Shown: one piece after another, positions 34,569 to 46,500 of the stretch | Layout of the letters: every line of letters starts with the position of its first letter | How positions within the stretch are numbered: position 1 is the stretch's first letter | DNA from: an uncultured virus (IMG/VR IMGVR_UViG_3300025751_003710) | Taxonomy: Duplodnaviria > Heunggongvirae > Uroviricota > Caudoviricetes | Reading direction: 5' to 3' (one strand) | Virus record (IMG/VR): IMGVR_UViG_3300025751_003710 | Length of the DNA: 64,000 bases | Notes under the pieces: model-generated | Databases searched by the model: none | What the model was told of the DNA's origin: nothing | The model's input: the letters and a program-made list of their open reading frames with translations, nothing else | Position numbers and translations under genes: made by a program

Positions 34569-37500
34569 ATGATATCGACAAATTTTGAGAGTAGAGTTAA
34601 AATAAACGAAATTGTCAGTAATCAAATACCAGAATTTATTTTGGATCAAAATCCAAAATTTTCTGAGTTTTTGAAGCAATATTACATTTCACAAGAATTT
34701 GAAGGTGGTCCAGTAGATATTGTTGAAAACTTAGATCAATATTTAAGTTTTCACTACTTAAACGAAAAGTTATACAATAATAATATTACAATATCATCAG
34801 ATATAACATCTTCTGATGATACTATCACATTATCAACAACCAGAGGTTTTCCAAAATCTTATGGTTTATTGCAAATTGATGATGAAGTAATTACATATAC
34901 TGGTATTAGTGGGAATAGTCTGACTGGATGTGTACGTGGATTTTCAGGAATAACTAGTTTAGAGTCTGTCGATGATCCAGAAGAATTAGTATTCTCTTCA
35001 ACAAGTTCAGCAGCACACACTGCAGGATCATCAGTTAAAAACTTAAACTTACTATTTTTAGAAAACTTTTTTAAGAAGTTAAAACAAATTTATGCTCCTG
35101 GATTTGAAGAATTTGATTTTACAAGTGAGTTAAATACGAATACTTTTATATCTAAAGTAAAATCGTTCTATCAGACAAAGGGAACTGAAGAATCTATCAA
35201 AATATTGTTCAAAATATTATATGATATCAATCCAAAAATCATAAATCCAGAAGATTATTTAATAAAACCATCAGATGCCGAATATCTTCGCAGAAAGATA
35301 GTTGTTTGTGATTTATTAACTACTGGTGGTAATCCATTTAAATTGGTTGGACAACAAATAAAAAGTTTTGATGGAACTTTTTCTGGACCAGTATCAAAAG
35401 TAGATATTTCAACAAAAAATAATAAAACAGTCTATAAAATCCATTTATTTTATGGTTATGGTGATGATGATTTAATTGATGGTAATTTTAGAATTACACC
35501 AAAGACAAAATCATTAGAACCTATTAATGTTGGTGATACTACTATAACTGTAGACTCAACAATAGGATTTCCAAAATCTGGAACAATTGTAGTTGAGGGT
35601 AATGAAGTAACATATACAGATAAGAGTGTCAATCAATTTTATAATTGTACTAGTGTAGTAGATAATATTTCTTCAAATAAGAACGTTTATCAAAAAGATT
35701 CTACTGTATATGGTTTTGAAGATGGTGACTCTTCAAAACGAATTGACTTTATTGTTATAGGTTCTCTTGTTACAATTGATGGTATAGATGATTTTACTTT
35801 ATTGTCTGATACCGATATTGTTGAACTTGGTGAGCTTGGTGATGATATTAGAAATGATATAGTAGATAAAACTATAAAAGAATATTCTTTTGGAGCATTA
35901 AAATATAATGTAAAAACAAGTTATGATATTTTAAACTTTAATATTGGAAGTGCTGAATTAGTTCTTTATGAAGAACCTGATAAAAATAGTTTAAATGAGA
36001 ATGAAATTGTTGACATTCTTTTAAAAGACACCGAAACTGTAATTTTAAACGATGTGCAGGTAAATTCTATAATTGGAAGAACTGTAACTATAGATACTCC
36101 GATTACTGGTATTTTACCACAACAAAATATTGCAATAAGAAGAAATTTAAACTTTGCGAATAGTACAAAAGTTCAGATAAAACATGAAAATGTCTTATCT
36201 GATGTTCAAAATGCATATAGTTATGAAGATGATTTATATATTGCATCAAATTCTTTACCATCTAGAGATATAACATTAGATGTTAAAAAAGTTAGTAAGA
36301 CAATCACATCATCTTTAGATGCAGATCAGTTTTTTGATGGATTTAGTGCACAAAAATATACAATTTTATCATTTGAAAATGAGGTTCCATTTTTAACTGG
36401 AGATGCTGTAAAATATTTTCATACTACAGAAAATTCTATATCAGAACTACCAAATTTTGAGTTATTTTACGTTGAAGTTTTAGAACCAAAAAACAAAATA
36501 AGACTTTATTCAGCACTTTCATTTTTACCAGTCTCAGATTTTTTAAAGTTTGATAAAAATACTGAACTTGGAACACACACCTTTGTTTTAGAGCAACATG
36601 CTAGTCAAATTATTGAACCATCAAACTCACTGAAAAAAATTCCACTAGAAAGATCATTTAGTTTATCTGAAAAAGAATATAAAACAGAAAGTGGTGTAAT
36701 TGGGGTTTTAGCAAATGGTGTTGATATCATTAATTACAAATCTGATGACAAAGTATTTTTTGGTCCATTAGATTCATTAAATGTATCAAATCAAGGATTT
36801 GGATATGATGTTATTAATCCACCAGATGCTGAATTAAGTTCCCCAAACTATAACGTTGGAGTTGGAACTACAGCAAAAATGAATTTAGTTGTTAGTGGAT
36901 CTTTTGAAGATGTTTTTGTTGATCCACAACAGTTTGGTGTATCTAGAATAATTACAATTTATGCTAAAGGTGGAAATGGTAAAAATGCTGTCTTTGAACC
37001 TATTACCAAAAAACAATATAGAACAATAATTTTCAATGCTGCAGATATTGAATTTGGTGGATCAGTTGATCCTAATAATGATAGTTTTATCTTTAATAGT
37101 AGCCATGGATTAACTAGTGGAGAAAAAATAGTTTACAATACTAATGAAAATTTGGGTATTGGTATTGGACCTTTTAATGGATCCAATTTAGATAGTGGGG
37201 GAACATTAGTCAATGGTGGAATTTACTATCCAGAAGTTATTAATTCAAATAGCATTAGACTCTATAATACAATTTCAGATTTAAATAGTGGTATTAATAC
37301 TGTTGGTTTAACGACAATTAATAACTATGGAACTCACAAATTTAGAGTATTTGAACCAATCAATGTACTCTCATATGTTAGAGTTGTAAATCCAGGTGAA
37401 AATTATACCAATAGAGTATTAAATATATCACCATCAGGAATTCATACTGCTGGTGATACTTTTGTATTTGAAAATCATGGATTTACTGACGGTGATTTGT

Positions 37501-40500
37501 TAAATTATTCATATAATGATACTGGTATAGTAGGATTAGATACTTCCAAAAAATATTATGTATTAAAACTAAATGATAATTCTTTCCAACTTGCAGATGG
37601 TGGACAAAAAAATGATGATGAAAGCGAATTATCAAAACAAAATTATAAGAAGAGAAAAAATATAACTATATCTTCATCTGGACAAGGATATCAGACTTTT
37701 TCGTATCCACCAATCTCAGTTGAAGTTGTTGCAGAGTATACTGGAATAGTTTCATCAATAACTTTAACTCCAAAAGTTAGAGGAAAGGTTATTGATGCAT
37801 ATCTTTATGAAAAAGGAACCGAATATGGATCAACTGCTTTAAATTTAAACATCAAACCAACGGTATCAATTAAAACTGGAAGTGGTGCACAATTAAAACC
37901 ATTGGTAGTTGGTAATAAAGTTTTATCAGTTCAAGTTCAAAATAAAGGTGAAAATTACAGTTCTTCAGTAGATTTGGAGGTTGTTGGTAAAGGTATAGGA
38001 TGTGTTTTAAGAGCTGTTGTTGTTAATGGACAAATAGACAGTGTTATTGTTATAAACAGTGGTACTGGGTATGATGATTCAACTTCTATTACCATATCTA
38101 CACCTGGTCAAGGTGCTGTTATTATACCAACCATAAGATCTTTAACAGTTAATGATTTCTATAGATATCCTGGTGATTTTTATCTGGAGAATAAAGAAAA
38201 AAATGCTCTAACCTATGGAATTAATGGTTATTTTTCTTCTAGAGAGGGATTGGAATTTGATGATCCCAATCCAGATACAAATCATTCAAGAATAATAGGT
38301 TGGGCTAAAGATGGAAATCCAATTTATGGACCAAATGGTCATACAGATCCAACATCATTTACATCACCAATAAAAAGACTTGAAACAGGATATGTTTTAG
38401 ATCCTTCAAACATTTTTAATAGACCTTCTACAGATATTTTACCATCAGGATTTTTTGTTGAGGATTATAAATTCAACGATAGTGGTGATTTAGATAGACA
38501 TAATGGTAGATTCACCAAAACTCCAGAATTTCCAAATGGAATTTATGCATATTTTGCAAGTACAAAGTTAGATATTGCAACTTCTGCACAAACTGAAATT
38601 GTCCCAGAGTTTCCATATTTTGTTGGAAATACATATAGATCTACACCAATTGATACATTTACATTAGATCAAAATGATGATTTAGATTCTGCAAATTTAC
38701 TGAGAAATACTTCACCATATAGAGTAAATCGAGAAAATTCTTCTAATTATTATATACCCAAAAATTTTGGAACTAGGCAGAGATGTGATATAAAATCTGT
38801 AGAGTCTGGTAGTGTTGATAGATTAGTGATTGATAATGCTGGAGATGGTTATAGTGTTGGCGATACTCTAATTTTTAACGAAACTAATACTGATGGAAGT
38901 GGTGTTTCTGCAGAAATTGTAGAAGTAAAAAATAGTGCAGAGATTGAGAATATTCAGACATCATATATTTTAAATGAAAATGTTATTTTCATTTGGGAAA
39001 ATAGTAGTACAATAAAGGGTTATATTTTACCATCACACAATTTAGTTGATAATGATAGAATAGAAATCACAGGAATTAGTACATCTTCAGTAGATTTTTT
39101 GAATGGTAATCACAAAATTTCTGTTGAAAGTGAAAAAGTTATTCTCACAAATAATATTAGTAGTGGTGATGTTGGAGATGTAGTAGATTTACAAGTTGAC
39201 AAGATTCCAACAACAACTAGTATTGGTAGTAGTGTAAGTACTGGAGGTGAAAATTTTACAATCTTAAATGTTTATAATCAAGAAAACGTTTTAAGGTGTA
39301 AAAGACATTCTGCAGGATTAGCACATACAGTATCAGATATTATTTCAATTATACCTTCACAATTTACATTTAACTTAAATTCAAATTATTTTGAAAGCAG
39401 TCTTTCTCCAGTATATAATTTTAATCCCAATGATTCAATTGGGATTGGAACTGAAGATGGTTCTTATTCTTCTACAACCTTAACTTATGGAGGTGTGAGC
39501 AAAGAAGTAGAATTGAAAACTCTATCAATATATTTACCAAATCATCCGTTCAATACTAATGATAAAGTTCGTTTCAAATTGAGTGATGAAGCTGGTGCAT
39601 CTGCCTTATTAGTGTCTAATGAATCTAATGGATCTCAATTCTCATTGCCATATAATCCAGTTACTGATAATACTCAGGACTTGTTCATCATCAAAAAATC
39701 TGATGATTATATTGGAATAGTTACACAGGTTGGATTAACAACCACATCATCTGGATTGTTCTTTAATGGAAATGGATCAGATTTTGATGATTATAAGTTT
39801 GAGAAGTTGGAAGAAGAAAGTGTAACAGGAACTTCCACAAAAATAACTACAACAATTACAACCAATTTAAATCATAATATATTAGATAATGATTTATTAT
39901 CTTTAAAAGTAATACCAAATAATACTAGTGGTGGAATTACAACTTCATCATCTTTAGTGTTTAAATATAATCCAGATTTTAATAAATTAGTTACTAATCC
40001 AGTTGGTTTTTCATCATTATCAGTAAACCTAGATGAAAATACAATTGAAATAAATTCGCACCAATATGTAAATGGAGACAAAATTTTATATACAACAGAT
40101 AATTTTGTAACGGGTGGAATAGGAACTGGCATATACTTTGTTAATAAGTATGATAGTAATAAAATAAGACTTTGTGATACCTATCAGGATTCTGTTTCTA
40201 ATCCTGCAAATCCAATTTCTATTGGAAATAGTGGCAGCAATTCTCAAGAAATTAGTAATGTAAATCCAAAAATACGTGGTGTTAAGAATGGAACCCTGAG
40301 ATTTGATCTATCAAATTCTTCACTCAGTGGATATGAATTTAATATTTTCTCAGATAAGCAATTTACAAAACCTTATGTATCAACTGGAAGTACATCTACT
40401 TTTAATGTACGTGTTAGTGGTACACCAGGAACTGATGGAATAATCGACGTTAAGTATGATAATAATCTTCCAGATTTATACTATTCTTTATTAAAGGATA

Positions 40501-43500
40501 CAAAACCTGTTTTTGAAAATGAGAATGAAGATGATTATCATATAATTTTCGTTGATAGTTTTTATAATAAAGATCAATATGTGGTTTCTAACTCTTCTGG
40601 AACTACATTTGATATATCTCTGTCATCAATACCAGAATCTTTAAGTTATACAAAAAATCAAGCAGATATTAGTTATAGTACAAGTTCGCGTAATACAACT
40701 GGTCCAATATCAAAAATTAATCTTTTAAACAGAGGATCGGGATATACTTCATTGCCAAGATTTACTGGAATTAGTACTGCAAATTCTGGAAGAGTGTCTG
40801 GAATAAATGCTATTGTTAGTGTTGAAACTGATACTATTGGAAAATTCAAATCTATTGAAATACTAAATGATGGTTTTGATTATGCATCAGATTCAACGTT
40901 AAGACCTTCTTCAAACTTTAATACACTTCTACTTTTAAGTGACAATGAAGAAATAACTGATATTAATGTCGTATTTGGTGGAAAAAATTATATTTCAAAA
41001 CCAAGTTTAGTTTTAGTTGATACACTATCTAGAAAAGAAGTAGATACTGGAATTTTGGAAGTTGGTATGAACAATTCCTCTATTGGATCAATATCAGTTA
41101 TTACACCACCTAATGGATTAAAATCATCTACACATAGATTATTTACTACAAATAATACAAATGGCGTAGTAATCACTGGAATAACAACAGTAGAAAATGG
41201 AATTGTACATGCAAAGGTTAGAACTCCACCCATTTTTGGATTTAAAGAATCACCATTTGTATCTGGTGATAAAGTTTTTGTGGAGGGTGTTGTAAGGGGT
41301 ACATCTGTAGATGAATTTGGAAATGAAACTATACCTGGAGATGGATATAATTCCGCAGATCATGGATATGTATTTTTTGATGTAACTGATTTTATTAATG
41401 ATCCTGGTAATGCAGTTTTAAAATATGATATTTCACAATATACAACAAATCCTGGTATACCACAAACTTTAAATTCTTATGCCACTGGTGTAAATGAAAA
41501 AAATTATCCTACTTTTGAAACAATTCAAGTTATTAGTTCTTTCCAGCAAGGAGAAATAATAAAGGTAAATGGGGTATCTGAAAATATTACCGTTAAAAAT
41601 GTATTCCCAAATTCACTAAAAGTATCATCTACAAATAATATTGAGAAATTTAATTCTATACAAGGAAGTATATCAAATTCAAAAGCATTAGTTGTTGGTT
41701 CATTTGATTATAGTGGTAAATTTAAATTTAATTCACTAAGTAATGCTTCTTTAGGGTGGTACAAAGATACTGGTAAGTTAAACTTTGATACCCAAGCGTT
41801 ACCAGATAATGATTACTATCAGACTTTATCATATTCTATTAAGAGTGATGTGGAGTATGATAAATTTATAGAACCTCTTTCAAAATTAGCTCACCCGATT
41901 GGAACCAAAAATTTTGGTGAGGTTGGATTTACTTCATCCTCATCCACAGGAATTGCTGGTACATCATCATTATCAACAGTTTTAAGTTTAGATGAAGAAT
42001 CTAGAGTTGATATTATAAGAAACTTTGATTTAGTATTTGATGATGATTCTTTATCTAATTCTACTTCTTTAATTAAGTTAAGAAATAAAAAGTTATCAAA
42101 CTTTATTGAATGTAGAACTAATAGAGTCTTACAAATAGATGATATCAGTAATAGTTTTTCAAGTTCTGAAATTAATAAAGATGAAATAGTTGTAGCAGAA
42201 AGTTATCAGGTTACAGATTATTATTCACAGTTTTTAATTCAAACTTTTAATGAAATAAATGATTTTAACAGCCAAAAAGAATATCAATTGTCTAATGTTG
42301 TTGTTCTCAATGACTTTGAAAACACATATACTTTAACTAAAGGAAATATTTTTACTGGTGAAGAAAAACTGGGAGATTTTGAAGGATCTATTAATAATAT
42401 TGGAAGTCCAGAATTAATATTTAAACCTACAGATCCATTTAACACTAATTACAATTTGAAATTATATAGAGAATATTTTGGACCAGAATCGAGTGTTGGT
42501 TTTGGTGTGACTGATCATGGATTTATGAGAATTTTCAGTGAAGCAAAGACTATCGAATCAACTGTTGGGTTTGTAACTTCTATTTTTAGAGCAAATGCAT
42601 CAACGTATCGCACAATAAGATCGTCTAACTTAATCATAAACACGGATGATTACAGTTTTAACTATTATGAAGTTTTTGGAATTTATGATGGTGTTAATAC
42701 TCCCCAAGTTTCTGAGTATTACTTTGATTCAAAAGCTCAATTGAGTGGATTATCATCTGGATTTTTGGGAACTTTTGATTTAGAGGTAGACTCTGGTAAT
42801 ATTTTCCTCAATTTTACAAACACTTCTGGTAATAATATTACAATAAAGAGTAAGACTGTTGCTATCGGAGATGTTAGCCTTGGAATAGGAACTTATAGAT
42901 TCTTATCTGATGATCAAATTCCAGAAACTGAAAAGTCTTCTAGAATAGAAAGTAAATTTGATACTATTACTGGTAATACAATAATAAAAACTTTAGATTC
43001 TTCTGTTGATTCTGCATTAAAATCACTAATTAGAATTTCGACTACAGCAAATTCTGGTATAGGTGAAACAATATCTTTATATGAAGTTTCATTGATTGGG
43101 GATCAAACAAATACATCATTAGTTGCAAGTCCGTTTGTTGCAACTGGATCAAATGGTATTGGTACATTTGGTGCTTTAAATAGTGGAACTGATATTAATT
43201 TGTATTTTTACCCCGATCCCGATTTTATTAACGAATCATTATTGATTCAATCTGTTGATCAAATTCTTTATGCAGAAAATGATGAATTTAATGTACCAAA
43301 TACTTTAGAGGTTGGTGCAAGCAAACATGATGTTTCTGTAGCAAAATATGGTTCTATTAACGTGTTTGGAAAAGATAGATTAAATTTTGATATGAATTGG
43401 AATAGAACACCAATATTTGCAAAAACTATCAATCCCAAAAAATCTGGTATTTTGCAGAATGAAACTGGAATTATTAATATACAACGCCACTTCTTTGAAG

Positions 43501-46500
43501 ATGGTGAAGAATTGATATACACACCAGGATCAACTTTAACAGGGGTTGCTGCAACTGCAATATCAATCGGAAGTACTATTGTTGGTGGAGCAATATTTAC
43601 TGCAGATATTATTAGTGGTTTTTCAACTGTAACTGGTATTGGCAATACTGAAGGAATTATTAGTGGTTCTGATACTTCTCTTCTTGGTTTAAATATTCCT
43701 TCTGGAACATCTATAACATCAATAGGTAAAACTTATAGTTATTTTGTTGGAACTAGTGATGGTGTAAACAATCACATACTTGGTATAGCGAATACCAGCA
43801 TTTTAACTACTGGATCTGAAGTATTTACTTTAGATAATATTTCACGTGGAACTATTAATACTATTGGAATCAATTCTTTATCAATAACATCATCAAATAC
43901 TTTACCTTCTGGAACTGATGTTGTTTATTATTCGGATGACTTGAGCAATTCGGTTGAAATTTCCAAAGTTTCTACTGGAACTACGTTTAGAGAGTCTTAT
44001 CAAGTTGGAATTGAAACAAACATTTGCCCATCCAAAGTATTTGCAATAAAGATTAATGAAGATCAGTTTAAGATTACTGGAATGAAAAACAGTGGTATTG
44101 GATTTACATTTACTGGAACAGGTAGTGGAAATACACACGTTTTTGAAATGAAGAAAAAGAATGAAAAAACTGTTTTGACTATTAATGGCGTTTTACAAGC
44201 ACCACTTGCATTTACTCCTATACAAAAAACTATTGATCAAAATGTTTCTATAGGTGCATCTTTTATTGCATTATCTGGTATCTCTTCAATATCACCAGAA
44301 GATATATTAAAAATCAATGATGAATATGTGACAATTAACAGTGTTGGAATTGGATCTACAACTGATGGACCAATTTCTGGTACTGGATCATTTAATTTAT
44401 GTAATATAGAACGTGGAAGAATGGGATCTGTAGCAGCAGAACATGCCGTTAATGATAGTGTAAGAGTATATAAAGGATCTTACAATGTTGTTGGAAATGA
44501 AATATTCTTCTCAGAAGCTCCAGATGGAAAAGGAAACAATGCAGAATTTGGAGAAACTTTATTACCTCTTCCAAAATCAACATTTAATGGTAGAGTTTAT
44601 TTAAAACAAGACTATAGTTCAAATAAAATATATGATGATATTTCACCTGGATTTAATGGAATCGAACAAGTATTTACATTATATCAAAATGGAGAAGTTG
44701 TTTCGGATGCTGTTCCAGGAAATAATATTCTGACAATCAACAACATATTCCAAAATCCAGACAATGATTCATCTACTAGTGAAAATTATGAAATCTTAAC
44801 TAATGATGGTATATCTAGCGTTAGATTTAAGGGTGTTGAAATTGAAGGGTCTGAGTATTCATTTACTACAGAATATGATATTAATCAAAATGATTTACCA
44901 CGTGGTGGCATAATTGTTTCTATGGGATTTACTGGTGGTACAGGATATGCACCACTTGTTGGTCTTCCTGGTGATATGATCGATGTGACAGTTGATGCTG
45001 GAGTAATTACTAATGTTGGATTTACAACATCAATTATAGTTGGTTTAGCAGTAACTGGTGTTATTGCTGCAAATACAACGTCTATTACTGGTATTGATAC
45101 AACTAGTATGAAAATCGGTCAAAAAATAATGAATATTTTGAATGAATATGTTGATGAAATAGATTTTGTTCCGCAACATGTTAATCTTAAAGTACCTAAT
45201 GAAGATAGCATTCTTCAATTTGATACTTTAATTCAATCAATAGGAACAAATTCTATCACACTATCTAAGGCAACTACAAATACATCATCATTAACAACTT
45301 CATTTGGTGTTGATTTTGGTGAAGAATTTAAAGGATCTGGTTACAATTCTGATCAAATTGTTGCAATTTATGAAGATAATCATACAGGAACTCCAGCTGT
45401 AGTTAAAGCAATTGTTTCTACAGCATCAAGTTCTTTAACTCCAACAAATGTAACTTATGATCCAGCAACTGGAGATTCTCAATTTACTTTTGGTGGTGCT
45501 CATAACTTATCCAATGGTGATGAAATTAGAATTATGGATCAATCTATTGTATTTACATGTGCAATGGATAATTACAAAACTGAACATGTTAATCCACAAT
45601 CTCATCATTATTCCAGTGGAAGAAGACTACCAGTAACAGTCGATGGTCCAGAACAATTTACAGTAAATGTTGGAGCTTCTGGACCAAATCAACAATTTAC
45701 ACCAACAAATGCAGTATATAATCCAGCAACTGGAGATTTGATATTAACTATTGGATCTCACACATTATCTCCTGGAGAGGGAATAACCATTGATGATAAT
45801 TCATTGACATTTACATGTACGATGGATAACAATCAATCTGAAAAAACATATCCTCGTCCTGGAATCGACCCATATGCTGGAAGATCAATTCCTATTAAAA
45901 GTGTTACTTCTAACTCAATTACAATTTATGCTGGAATTTCTCGTGAAAATGTTTATTTCACGCCTTCTGCAGCAACATATGATTCTTCAAGTCAAAATTT
46001 AACATTAACTATTGGATCACACGGATTGGGAGAACAAAGAAATGTTGTTTTATCTGATAATGCGCTTGCCTTCCAAAAGGCAAATAATGATATAATCAAT
46101 TACCCAGATCCAAATAATGGATCTCAGTCTGGTCAATCAATAACAATAGTTGATGTACCATACACATCCCATACACCAACAGACGCTCCATATAATGCAT
46201 CTACTGGAATTGTAACGTTTGAGGTAAATGGACATGGACTAGAAAGTGGTAATTATATTATGGTTGAAGATGGTTCTTTAACTTATACTTGTGATCTTGA
46301 TGATAACACTGTTCAAAAATCATATCCACGCGCTGGTTATGATTATCCAAGTAATAGGTGGTTAATAGTAACAGTAGTTGATGCAAATCATTTTACAGTT
46401 GACATTGGACCTTCATCAGATACATCAGATCACACATTTGTTAGTGCATCCACAAATGCTTTAAGATTCCAAGGTAATACTATAGTCATAAATGCTTCAG